64,000 nt of DNA from Tubulanus polymorphus. Lineage: Eukaryota > Animalia > Nemertea. Position numbers and translations under genes: made by a program. Below are positions 11,795-24,179 of this stretch, in pieces. The notes under the pieces were generated by a model that made no database searches, had not been told where the DNA came from, and saw nothing but the letters and a program-made list of their open reading frames with translations. Position 1 is the stretch's first letter; each line of letters starts with the position of its first letter. The stretch is from positions 21,944,345 to 22,008,344 of the forward strand of contig NC_134028.1 of the NCBI RefSeq assembly GCF_964204645.1, read 5' to 3'.

Positions 11795-11990
11795 TTAGCC
11801 TCGCCTAAAAAGTGTCACTGGACATAGCAGCGCGTAACGATGGTGGTTGAGTATAACAGTCTGGGGTCCAGAACATGAAAAACTGCGATTCCCGAACTTA
11901 GTGTAGGTTCTTTTGGATACAAGGGAATTGTCAACGCTAGATCTAGTACGTCCTACGTTTCTATTCGTATTTGTAAGGGTCAAAATCTTC
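11795..11990 (-). mobile_element. LINE (L2/CR1-like) ORF2 C-terminal fragment
   Basis: RTRSS..NSLVSKRTYTKFGNRSFSCSGP resembles the 'T..G.RSFS..GP..WN' C-terminal motif of L2/CR1 ORF2. Confidence 0.6.
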
Positions 11991-12011
11991 GCTCACATTA
12001 TGAAGTAAATT

Positions 12012-13004
12012 CTAGCGTTCGCGGCCATTTTTACGCGTAAATAAACGATTCGCTGTAGCTCTGAAATTAGGATTCACGATATAATATAGAATGAAATTAA
12101 CGCACGAGTTTATTACAGTCGTTATGTTATAAATCGTATTGGCCGTTTCTATGATTAGTCCGACTAAAAATTCACTTATTTTCGAAATAGACCCCGGAAT
12201 TTCGAGTAACAAAAAAGCAACGCTCATGGTAATTACCATTTTAGTAGCTTTCGATTCGGTTAGTTTTGAGCTGGGCTGGTTGCAAATGGTTTTACGTTCT
12301 CTCAGTTTGACGTATAAGATAACCAATAGAAAAACGTTAGCTATGAAAACTAGAAACGTAGGAATAATCGATCGGACGAAAGGGTCAATCATCCGATTAA
12401 ACATGCGAAATACTCCTCGGTGAGCGACAGACCTGAATTTAACAGTCTCATAAGCCCGCATACAGTCGTTTCCGTCTCTTGGTTCGGTGGTCAAAGTAGC
12501 GGGATAATACAATCCAAAACAGATAGACAACAGACCAATAACAAATATTACTATCTTAAGGCGCCGTATTGTAAGAATTAAACCCGCTTTTAATGGCATC
12601 ATTATCGTGACAAGTCTCTCGACTTGTATTAAAACAGTCAGCCAGTTTCTCATCACCAGAAAACCTTTGTAGAAAACAGCTGAGCCGATGTAAATCTTCG
12701 GTTCGACGTGCCACGGCACGTACAACGTCATGGCGTCATGACCGACGCGACCGAACAGCAGAAAATACCTGAACGGTTTTAGAACGAACTGCGAAGTGAG
12801 GAAAAGATTATCAGTGACGGCCAACATCATCAACAGGAACACAGAGCGATGGTAGTATTTCAAACGCACGAACACAACGATTACCAATGAATTCAGTATA
12901 AATCCTAAAATGATGCAAGGAGGTAAAACCATACCATTCATCTCCCAGCGCCCGAGTATCTGCGGTGGACAGTCGGGTGTTTGGTTCACAGGAATACCGT
13001 TCAT
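12012..13004 (-). CDS. Intronless rhodopsin-family GPCR (FMRFamide/peptide-receptor-like clade)
   Basis: Seven hydrophobic segments; GFILN (TM1), LAVTDNLFL (TM2), NWLTVLIQVERL (TM3), KATKMV..AFLLLEIP (TM6), NSCVNFILY (TM7). The ORF extends to 13154; MNGIPVNQT is the likelier start. Confidence 0.85.
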   Translation of the reverse strand: MNGIPVNQTPDCPPQILGRWEMNGMVLPPCIILGFILNSLVIVVFVRLKYYHRSVFLLMMLAVTDNLFLTSQFVLKPFRYFLLFGRVGHDAMTLYVPWHVEPKIYIGSAVFYKGFLVMRNWLTVLIQVERLVTIMMPLKAGLILTIRRLKIVIFVIGLLSICFGLYYPATLTTEPRDGNDCMRAYETVKFRSVAHRGVFRMFNRMIDPFVRSIIPTFLVFIANVFLLVILYVKLRERKTICNQPSSKLTESKATKMVITMSVAFLLLEIPGSISKISEFLVGLIIETANTIYNITTVINSCVNFILYYIVNPNFRATANRLFTRKNGRER

Positions 13005-14035
13005 CGTTGACTCAATTTGATTGGCATGCAAATAAACCAGCAGATATTCGCGCAACTCAGAATGTATTTTCCGCGCGATTTGGCCTGGTCTCTCTTGAGA
13101 GAGAACGAATGAAAACTGTTTAGGGGCAGAAGCACATTTGAATATATAATTCAACCAATCACGTAACGGAAATCCAAACGATTGTCATAATCTAAAAAAA
13201 GTCGGATTTCGAAGTAATTTTTCTTCTCTTTTTGGTGATCGATGTGGCAGTAAAACATAAATACATTAAATAGGCACGTGGAACATGATTGGCGTTCCTC
13301 GTATTCAAACAAGATTAGTACTATTGAACCAAAATCCACGACGGTGATTATAGAAACCTAACTCGGGGTCGTTAATGGACAATGGACGGAGAGATCCCGA
13401 CTACAGAAACTGAATTTTCAAATTAAAATAGGCAATGAAATGGGATACTGTCGTTGGATGGGGTATTATTAAATCTTCAATGCTCTGAGCTACCTTTATT
13501 GAACAGTTCATTGCTATTGTGCGGCTCTAATTCAATCAAACCCAAACTATGAATCGCAGAACATATTCGATTAAACGTGAACAATCTTAAATAAAATATT
13601 GAAAAATCCATTTCCCACTGAATATGCAAAAATATATCGTATTCATGCTATGAATGATGGTATATCCAGGTTTATTCCGCGGTTGAAAAATAACATTTAG
13701 TATATATCGCACAATGTATAATTCCTCGTAGAAACCTGAAATTGGGATCTATTGGAAACATTCGAATTGAAATCTCTGAAAACTCATATGCGTTACTCGA
13801 CGCCAAAGGTGCATTTTCCCATATTTAGTATAAACTGATGTCCTAAAAGATGTTTCCCTCAACGCTTAAGAATGCCTTTCATCCAATATTTCAATGTATA
13901 ACCGGGTCACAGAATTGTATATTGTTTTGTCTGTTGGCGGCTAACAATATTAGTCTAGGAAGTTTCAAGTCCATTTTTGGACGTTGACCGCGGTAACAGG
14001 TTGTCAAAAATGCCCGCGATTCAGTGTTTCCGAAT

Positions 14036-14623
14036 TCAGGAATCCGTGAGTAGTTGTATTTTGTTACGGCGGCGTCTGCGACCTCGTCGTCCATCCTGAG
14101 TCGGTATCGGAGTCACCCGCGTGTCGCACCCCGACGTCCTCAACACGTCGCCTAAAGACGTTATGTATCGAATCGCCATGCGCAACGTGGCGATTTTTGA
14201 CAACCGTTGGTGGTCGTTAAGATTCGATCTCGGGACCACCTTGCGAAGAGCGTCGAAGGCGGCGTTTAGCATGTGCATGCGGTTGCGTTCGCGGGCGGTG
14301 GCTCCACCGCGACATTCTGGGGGAGCACGAATCGAAGTCGCGCTACTCACGCGTTGACGCTTTGTTGACAGATCGCTATCCAACATCCATCGTTCATCGG
14401 TTAAGGTCATCACGTTCTGGTTGTCGCTTAGAGGCGCGGAGTCGATAAACCAGAACGCGGGCGTCGCCGGGTCGTTCTGGGCGGAATTTCGGCCATCGAT
14501 TCGAATATCACCGCTAAAGCAATGCCGTTTTTCGTTGTACCAAATAAACGACGCATAATCCAGACTTGTTTCGCTGTTAGGATTCAATGGCACCGACGCA
14601 GCTGAAGAACTGTTAAAATCCAT
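14036..14623 (-). CDS. Group A bHLH transcription factor, atonal/neurogenin/Mist superfamily
   Basis: [24 protein letters not shown]...[17 protein letters not shown] is a canonical bHLH; basic C-terminal [10 protein letters not shown]. Exact orthology is not assignable by eye. Confidence 0.9.
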   Translation of the reverse strand: MDFNSSSAASVPLNPNSETSLDYASFIWYNEKRHCFSGDIRIDGRNSAQNDPATPAFWFIDSAPLSDNQNVMTLTDERWMLDSDLSTKRQRVSSATSIRAPPECRGGATARERNRMHMLNAAFDALRKVVPRSNLNDHQRLSKIATLRMAIRYITSLGDVLRTSGCDTRVTPIPTQDGRRGRRRRRNKIQLLTDS

Positions 14624-15659
14624 ATTGAAAACGGGATGAAGATTCTTCGATCACTTATATCAATCTCTCAAAGTTCTCATACACACGCCTTGGCACAGAC
14701 AGCGAAGTCACCACTACTTCGTAATTCTGCTAATGATTTAAACTAAATAAAGTTTTTCTACAGAAATAGTCTTTTCGCTAAGAAACGAACGAACGTTTAG
14801 CACCTGCATGAGAAGAGGCTCTGCTAGTTAACTCCCCCGTTAATCCCCCGGGTTTATCGGGCTCTGTTTAACACGATATTCAACTAATGAAGCAAACGTC
14901 AGCTATTTACCGCTTTAGTTTACGTTGCTTTGCTTGTTTTCATAATTCGATACTTAACTTCGCCGCTGGTCGCTAATCATCGCGCTGAGATCACGTGGTC
15001 CCGACGTGATCAGTTGGTTTTCATTTACAAATCCCACACTTCACTTAAATTATCAGCGAATGCGCGCGTTCATCCGTAATATTTCCCTTTCGCACTCTTA
15101 AAAATTGATTTATTTTTGTTGGCATTTTCCGATCTGTATCCTACGATCAATTCCGAAATAGGCTAGTTATTCATATTGCAATAGCCAATATTGGACGTGT
15201 AGAAGGATTCTATGATTAAAAACGGCAATGTACAAATTTACAACATTAAAACGGAGGATATTGGTTTCGATTTTTACAATTTCTCACGACTCGTTACATT
15301 TCAGGCGTTTGCAGGTATATCAATTTACTGGACTCTGTTCCTATTCGGTCATTCGATGCATTACTTCTGGCAATCAAGGCTTCACCACGGACTTCATTTC
15401 AATCGGAAAGAAACTAATAAATGGTCTACAAATGCAAAAACCACACCCTGTAGAAATTGATCATCGAGTCTGAAAGGGATGGTTCGCAGTTACAGAGTGG
15501 TACCCGCATGAGAATGATCATTTTTGTTCAAATATTGCCGATGCAGTATACTTAAAGGTAAGAGCAGTGTATTTGTAAACATGTCAGCTCAGCGTATAAA
15601 AAAACGTGTGTGAAGCAATGATATCATGATATAATATATACGATAGAAGGCAATAGAAT

Positions 15660-16070
15660 CTCAATATAAATGGCAGACGGAAAAACAAAAATATAATGAA
15701 ATCGTTTTTCATAGAAAAATGTTCTGAGCTGAAAATACCATTCAAGACGTAATGAAATTTGAAATAACCCGTTCCGAGACAACATACCTCGTATAACATT
15801 GACAGATTGCCAATAAAAGAAAAATAAGAAAAAATGACGAATATATAATAAAATCGTGTTGCAGAAAAAGTGTTCTGACCTGAAAATACCCGCAACAACG
15901 TAACAGGATTTGGAATGACCCGTTATGAAACAATATACCTCGTTTAACATTCACAGATTGCCGATAAAACAAAAATAAGAAAAAAATGACGAAAGTACTA
16001 CAAGATCGTTTTTCATAAAACTGAACTGTAAATGCCACCGAATGGAATTTGGAATAACCTGTTACGAGAC
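15660..16070. repeat. Tandem repeat, ~150-bp unit, ~2.7 copies
   Basis: GTTCTGA.CTGAAAATACC at 15721 and 15872; ATACCTCGT.TAACATT.ACAGATTGCC.ATAAAA.AAAATAAGAAAAAATGACGAA is repeated. Confidence 0.8.
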
Positions 16071-16391
16071 TATTACATGAAAAACATGTGATGAAACTCC
16101 ACTGAAAGTAAATTTGAGTAATTATTTTTGCATAAATGAAAACTAAAGATTCACTCGGTTTGAATGTTGCTAAAATTGTCAAAATCCATCCAGGGACAGA
16201 TGAAATATGATACAACACGCATCACAGATAGTTTTTAAATAAGAGAAAAAATTACCCAACAATACAGAGGACAAAAGTACCCTAAAAAAAGGCGGCTAGC
16301 AACTGTAAAATGGTTTATTGTCTTCTGAATATAGGCAAAGCCCGTTTTAACGCTGCTATTATTTTTATACTGAACGCCAACTTTTTTTCAG

Positions 16392-16752
16392 AGAAAAACT
16401 AATGCTCAACTTGGACGTGGAGTTTAGTTCCGTTTTGTTTTTTCTAACCGCGACTGAAGATACGATGGATCATACGGCGACAGCAGTACAAACCGATGGA
16501 AATCGGACTAAAAAGTCTAGATTGATCAATATTCTTATAACTGATGAGAGATGGCCGTTGTTATTTCAGTGTTTATGTATGGAGGGACCGTATCTCGCTA
16601 TGAGATTATACATTATGTCCACGTACAAACTATTCACCAGTTACGTTTTGTTCCTTGTCGCTAAAAACGCGATTTTGCTGATCGTCGATTTGTACCTGTT
16701 ATTTTTGTTGTGCTGTTCCGACGAACAATTTTCAAAATTGTTCATGTTCTAA
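16392..16752 (+). pseudogene. TMEM26-like last-exon remnant
   Basis: ERWPLLFQCLCMEGPYLAMRLYIMSTYKLFTSYVLFLVAKN is homologous to the TMEM26 C-terminus of the paralogs at 32.7 and 35.3 kb. The upstream WTWSLVPFCF motif lies in a shifted frame, and upstream exons were not found. Confidence 0.65.
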
Positions 16753-16800
16753 AATACTTCTGTTCTGGAAAAGAGGATTTCATCCGCATCTAAGCAGTGA

Positions 16801-19170
16801 TCACACAAGTGACGTATGAGATGCTATCCATTCGCGGCTAACAGCTGACCGCAGACGACCAATTTCTCCAGATTTTGCACTCGATAATGAACGGATGTGT
16901 TTAATCCAGAATGGTATCATAATCAGAACACTGACCGCTACTAAAACTGCCGCCAATTCAAATGAATAAATGTAGTTCCCGGTTGCGGCATATATCCAAC
17001 CTGAAAATACAAAGATCTAAGAAGTGAAACCATCCAATATGAACTTCTCATGTCAAGATCAATAGGTGTATTAGTATAACGTATTTCATGGTGAAAGGAA
17101 CTTTGAATAAAAAATAAAATTCGTTCTAAGGTCCATGGTCCCGTCATATCAATAAGTTAATTCATTTTGGCTACCAACCGGCTAACGGAGCTCCGACCAT
17201 GTACCCAATTCCTGCTGGAAAGAACATGTACTGTACGGCCGAACGAACGTATCTATCCTCAATGATATCAGCAATAACGAGATGAGTGAGTCCGCAAAAT
17301 GCTGTCATTACGATTCCAATGATTACAACTAAAACAACAGCGGCTGTGAATCCTTCGAATACAGGAATTATCGCCACCGTAACGCTTAGTAAAACATTAA
17401 CTATTAGAAACAGAGTGAATGTATCAATACGAGGATGCTGCGAGATTATAGATACGATAAATCGTGCTACGGTATTGCTAGCTCCGAAATACGGAACCAG
17501 ATACCTAGCGCTTTCGATGTCAATTTTATAGATATCTGCGAATCCGGAAACTATGTGCACAAAAATGACTGAAACACCCATATACAGAAAGAATACAGGA
17601 AAAATAACTCCTATAAAAGTTGGTTGTAGCAGAATGTCAACGTCTAACATATTCTTACAGCCCGAGGGTGTTTTCTCTGTTTTTTTATCGTTATTTTGAT
17701 CACTGACCAATTGATCTTGCGCAGTATTATCATTGCTTTGCATAATGGCACTATTTTGCTTTTCTCTCTTGAGTAAGATGTCTTTTCTTCGTCGATGCTT
17801 ATTCCATGTGCGCAGGACTAAACTACAGGGTATCAGATTCAGAGTTAAGGCGCCTATTATAAGAACTGCTCCTCGCCAGGTATAAACTTCGATGGTCGCG
17901 TTTATGATGACCCCGAAAACGATAGTTCCCGCAGTAACTGATGACACGATAAAAGCGTTCGCTATTGATCTGTAACGACGAAATCTAACGACGTAATAAG
18001 CTATCACCGGGCCGTTATGGAACGAAAGCACCATACCTGAAATGAATTACCGTATTTTCATTACGAACCAACGTCATTGGAACTAGTCAGAAACATATCT
18101 CCATTAGACCAGAAGAACACAAGTACTAAATGAATATTCTCAGGCGGAGCCTTCTAATGGAATCAGATGAGGGGGGATGATGTGATGGTGATCGCTGAAA
18201 CCTTGCTGACTATCTTACGAAGAATATTTAAAACTTTTTCAATGAGTTAACTCTGAGTCCAAGTTTAACTAACAAATGTGGAACTAGGTCCTGAATATCA
18301 TTCAAAGGCCGATGATATTCGATGATGACCTTCAATTTCTCTGTGTCAAAAAGAATTGAGATTTCATTGGTCGACGAACTGGGGGCCGTTCCAAATTAAT
18401 AATTCCGTCTTCAAACGTCAAATTCAACCGGCAATGTGGAACTCGTTTCTAACTCGATATTCGAAATGATTGGTGAAAAAATGTGAAGACGCTTGAAGCG
18501 AGTGAAACTGTCGGCCATACTTTACCACTGGTTGTCCATAGAAGGTATATCAGCCATAGTTTCGTCGAAAGTGCAGAGCAGCAAATAAACAAACCGTTCA
18601 GAATACCAGACACGACTAAACATCGCCTTAATCCAAATCTCTTTATAAGTGCACCGGCAACCGGGGCTGAAAGTAACGTCACAAACCAATCAAAACAAAT
18701 TAAGGCGGTTAAATCTAATCTAGATTGCTTAGCAATTTTCTTTAGCAAAAATTATCTAGGTTTTTGACACATATACAACATTTGCGTTTATCTTCTAATT
18801 TCTGCGTATTAAAATTAATTTCTACGGCTCCTAAATCCAAATGTCTTTTGCGAAAAAGGTTTGTGCCCATATTTGCCCCTTCGTTACATTGGACGTTGCG
18901 ATGCAAAATACCAATTAATTCAGCCTCTCTATTTTTCCGGCGGTCCAGGCGCTTACCTAATATGAGACACATTCCGTTACCGGCGCCTATCCACGACACA
19001 ACCTCGTACCCCGTGTCAAAATATTCCGCCCATTCGACGATCAGAATACCGACTGAATAGAAAACACCCCCTATTATCATCGAGTTTCCCATTATAGCCA
19101 ACACCAGGCAACATCCTTCAATTCTACCCGGCTCGCGAAAATCGTCCTCGTCTTTACCACCAGTGCTCAT
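16801..19170 (-). CDS. SLC16/monocarboxylate transporter-like MFS protein, copy A (exons 19170-18957, 18666-18526, 18036-17179, 17000-16801; 470 aa)
   Basis: MCT motifs (SVGILIVEWAEYF, APVAGALIKRFGLR, FRRYRSIANA, YTWRGAVLIIGAL.LN, GAPLAGWIY.ATGNY). GT-AG junctions give 1413 nt in frame. Confidence 0.88.
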
Positions 19171-20951
19171 TTTCCAGTTGTCGTAACAGCGAGATTTTAT
19201 TGTCGCTTTCGTAGGTGACGTGTATGTAATATACGAGTGTGCGTGTCGAGTAAGAACCAGTCACAGACTGCACCGGATTACATGTATTACATTTAATCAA
19301 TTTAGAAAACCTGTTCCCCGTTTTATCATTATGACTGGTGGTATGAATGAATCTGAATTACAATTATCCGGCGAAGCATAGTGTTGACGATTCATTAGGC
19401 CAATATTCATTTAAAACGTAATCTCTTCGATACCCGTCCCTCCTGATCCAATTTGAATTTACATATGTGATCGTGTCATCATGTGATTTTGAAAGAAGTG
19501 TCCTACGTCAGGTCGGTTTGCTTTCGAGTAACGGTTTTTGTAACCGAGAGCTGATCTGAAATTGCGTTGATCATAAATCGGTTCAGCAATTGATTCTTTT
19601 TTTCAGTCGCCCGCCAGGTGGTGGCGTAGGTCAAGAACAGGGAGTCTTAAATTCGAGCGCCATAGCTGCACTTACTTGTAAACCATCACAGCCGCAGTTT
19701 TGGAATAGTTGCAATACGGATATTTCCTCGCCCGCTGACTGTGCAGTTTGTGCAAGCGCCATGATAGAGGGCGGTAGATATAACCACATTGCAGCCATGC
19801 GGCTTTCTTCACGTAACCATTGACGGTCAATACAATACGAGGTTAACACGACAGATTCCAAAATCAAACCTCCTGTTTCGCTCCCGGCAGATGTGGTGGG
19901 TTTGTAAGGGACACTCAATCAAAAAATCATTAAACGAAATTTACTAGCCAAATAAATAACGGGGACAATCCCTATTGTAAGATCCAAAAAAACCCGACAG
20001 ATTCCTATTGTTCGTTGTTGTTATATATGGTAAGTCCCCAGCATTGACGGTAAAACTAACTATGACGTCACGAGCACGGCCTCTAGGAAATGACGACTCA
20101 TCAGAAAGTCTGTACTCTTCATCATCGGATAGAAACTCATCATCAGCGAGATCTTTTATAATGTGCTTATCTTTTGTGATGCAATGACGTTTATCTTCTC
20201 ACATTCGAACTGCTAGTGAAGCTGATACGAGTAATATCAACCTTGGAGTTACCATTTGGATCATTCCAAGGTTTAGTATATCGGAAGGTCACACCCGCCT
20301 GCCATCACGTGTGCAACTATCATAGTCTTGGGTGCGGCTAAAATGTGTCAATCAACCAGCATACAACTTTCACTCGCCGCCGTTACAGCGCAATGCAAAA
20401 TGCTGCGTGCTTAATATTGTTATTAGGGCTCTATCTTTTGATATGTAAAGAATATTTTCGGGGTCCATAATGCGGAACCCTGTGAACGGCTGATACCCCT
20501 TAATCCTGTTAGATCTTGCTATCATGTTTGTATATAGACTGCCGTAAAGTTTATTTGTATCTTCCGTCTTCTCAATATTTCATGTTCTTCTTTTTGACAC
20601 TTAATTTCCATCTTTGTTGTAAAAAGCAAATAATATCATCTTTATATTACGGTGCAATAAAAGTATTGAATTTAATCATTTCAAATACTTCGGCTCTATT
20701 CTCACTACGTTGCGCTGCGGACAGACGGAAAGAATCAGTTTGACTTTGGTTGAGTTGGAGGTTAGGCTAGCTGTGTTGTTAAATATAAAAAGGTTAATTG
20801 TAGGTTTTCACTACTTTGTTGTGAGCATGGCTGCTGCGGTCACGGTATTTGCCCCTATCTATATATTTCTGTAGTACGTCTGCACAACAGGGAGTTGGAA
20901 TATTATACTCGGAAAAGAGGATTTCATACGCATCCGAGCAGAACGTAGTGA

Positions 20952-23517
20952 TCACACTAACGACGTATGAGATGCTATCCATTCGCGGCTAACAGCTGAC
21001 CGCAGACGACCAATTTCTGAGGATTTTGCACTCGATAACGAACGGATGTGTTTAATCCAGAATGGTATCATTATCAGAACACTGACCGCTACTAAAACTG
21101 CCGCCAATTCAAATGAATAGATGTAGTTCCCGGTCGCGTCATATATCCAACCTAAAAATACAAAGATCTATGAAATAAAAAGTCCAATAAAAAGGCCTTT
21201 TGTAGAACTTACTTCTGTCAATCTAACGTGTTTATCATAAATGGAAGTTTACTTCGTTCTAAGTAAGTGGCCCCTGGTGCCATCATATAAATACGTAAGT
21301 AAAATTCATTTTGGCAACTTACCGGCTAACGGAGCTCCGACCATGTAACCAATTCCTGCTGGAAAGAACATGTACTGTACGGCCGAACGAACGTATCTAT
21401 CCTCAATGATATCAGCAATAACGAGATGAGTTAGTCCGCAAAATGCTGTCATTCCGATTCCAATGATTACAACTAAAACAACAGCGGCTGTGAATCCTTC
21501 GAATACAGGAATTATCGCCACCGTAACGCTTAGTAAAACATTAACTATTAGAAACAGAGTGAATGTATCAATACGAGGATGCTGCGAGATTGTAGATACG
21601 ATAAATCGTGCTACCGTATTGCTAGCTCCGAAATACGGAACCAGATACCTAGCGCTTTCGATGTCAATTGTATAGATATCTGCGAATCCGGAAACTATGT
21701 GCACAAATATGGTTGAAACACCCATATACAGAAAAAATACAGGAAAAACAACTCCTATAAAAGTTGGTTGTCGCAGACTCTCAACGTCTAACATGTTCTG
21801 ACAGCCTCCTGAGGATAATTTGTCTGTTTTCTTGTCACTATCTTGATCACTGACAAATTGATCTTGCGCAGTATTATCATCGCTATGCATAATGGCGCCA
21901 TTTTTCTTTTCTTGCGTGATTAGAATGTCTTTTTTGCGTCGTGTTTTATTCCATGTGCGCAGGACTAAACTACAGGGTATCAGATTCAGAGTTAAGGCGC
22001 CGATTATAAGAACTGCTCCCCGCCAGGTATAAACTTCGATGGTCGCGTTTATGATGACCCCGAAGACGATAGTTCCCAAAGAAACTGACGATACGATAAA
22101 AGCGTTCGCTATTGATCTGTAACGGCGAAATCTAACGACGTAATAAGCTATCACCGGGCCGTTATGGAACGAAAGCACCATACCTGAAAACAATCGACGT
22201 AATATTTTTACGAACCCACGTCACGATAGTTTTTGCTGATTTTTTTGCTGAACATACAGAATGTTGAGGCGTTCAATAGGGGAGGGGGGCATTGTACCGA
22301 TGATGATTTTCAAATTCTAAGTTCTAAAAAAATGATTCAAATTCTAATGGTAACGAACTCGGGCCCGGTTCCATGTAAAAAATTGATTCTGTCTTCAAAC
22401 TTAAGAAAAGTCAAATTCAACGACAATGTGGAACTCGTCCCTAGTTGCCCGAGGGGCTGTTAGAAAATTACGCATACGACTCGTAGCTTTCGATTCTTGA
22501 TGAGTTATGTTAGTTTGAAGTTCCAGCTAGATAAAGATTATTACTAGAAAATGGCCCAACTTCACTCGTGCCCTGGTTTCATTCCAAAAAGGTTGCTCGA
22601 AATAATTCTACCATTTTGTTATGTAACAGCAATCAGTCACCCCGTCCCTTGTAACAATCTGTAACAAACCTTTTTGCGCGTTACGCAATTTTTTAAACAG
22701 CCTCTTGCTTGGATTTCGAAAAGGTTTTTGAAAAAATGTGAAGACGCTTGAAGCGAGCGTTCTACAGTTCATACTTTACCACTGGTTATCCATAGCAAAC
22801 AAGTCAGCCATAGTTTCGTCGAAAGTGTGGAGCAACAAATAGATAAACTGTTCAGAATACCAGATACGACTAAACATCGCCTTAATCCAAATCTCTTTAT
22901 AAGCGCACCGGCAAACGGGGCTGAAAGTAACATTACAAATAAATCCAAACAAAATAAGGTGGCAAAATTTCAGCTTGATTTTTCTTCAGAAAAATTTGAA
23001 ATTTAACAAAAACTTAAAAAATGTTAAACGCAGCAAAAAGAACAAGAAAACAGCAAAAACTTTTTAGGTTTATGATCTACAGATCTATAGGTAATTTCTG
23101 AATATTAACATCAATTTCATTCATTAACTAAAATTTTCACCAAAATGAATTTCTACGACTACTTAATTTAAATTTCGTTGGCATAACTTATGTCGCAAAA
23201 ACGATTTCTGCTCAATTTTACCCTCTCGTTTCGTTGGACATTGTGAAGCAAATATTGATTTATTCAGCTATTACTCTGTTCTTCCGACGGTCCGGCCGCT
23301 TACCTAATATGAGACACATTCCGTGACCGGCGCCTATCCACGACACAACCTCGTACCCTGTGTCAAAATGTTCCGCCCATTCGACGATCAGAATACCGAC
23401 TGAATAGAAAACTCCCCCTATTATCATCGAGTTTCCCACGATAGCCAACACCAGGCAACATCCTTCAATTCTACCCGGCTCGCGAAAATCGTCCTCGGAT
23501 TCATCACCGGTGCTCAT
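20952..23517 (-). CDS. SLC16/MCT-like transporter, copy B (exons 23517-23304, 22920-22780, 22183-21323, 21151-20952; 471 aa)
   Basis: Same exon structure and high identity to copy A; 1416 nt in frame. Confidence 0.88.
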
Positions 23518-24179
23518 TCTTGCAGTTGTTGTATAGAATGTTCTCAGACGTGCGTCTCTGTGCACGTATGTTACAATCCCAGACAGTACGGATTACATGT
23601 ATTTGATTTTTTATGAATTTATAAAACCGGTTCTATGTTTTATGATTATGACTGCTATTATAAATGTGAATTACACAATCATCCGGCGGAGTGTGTCGTT
23701 GACGATTTATCAGGCCATATTATATTCATTTACAACGTTATTGTTTCGATGCGCTGTGCGCCTGATCTCTTTTCATTTGGAATGAATTGAATTTTTGTGT
23801 AGGAGCGTCATTTCTAAAAGAGACTTCCCGCGTGCAGGTTCATTTTGCTGTCGAGTTGTTTTGTAATAAAGAAATCTGAAAAAATTGGATTGATCATAAA
23901 ACGTTGATTTTTTTCAAACAGTCACAACACCAATGTTGGTCAAGGACAGTAGCCTTTACTTCAAATGCCTAGGCGCACTTAAAATATACTTGTAAAGCCG
24001 CAGTATAACGACGGTGTGCGGTTTGTGCCGGCGCCAAATGGTACTTGCGGTAGTTAGTACAATGCACAATGCGGTTAGCTAATACATCGACTAACTCCGA
24101 GAAAGTCCAAGGTCACTTACCATGTTCTTATTTTGATAGGTCATCACCCGTTTGCTCCCCGTCATCTTGGGATTCATTC

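Noticed and set aside
15212-15560. Possible upstream exon of the TMEM26 remnant (KETNKW vs TETNRW)
   Set aside because: Similarity is limited to ~5 residues, there is no donor at the expected place, and the rest does not align.
15584-16218. Three hydrophobic minus-strand ORFs
   Set aside because: They derive from the A-rich ~150-bp tandem repeat.
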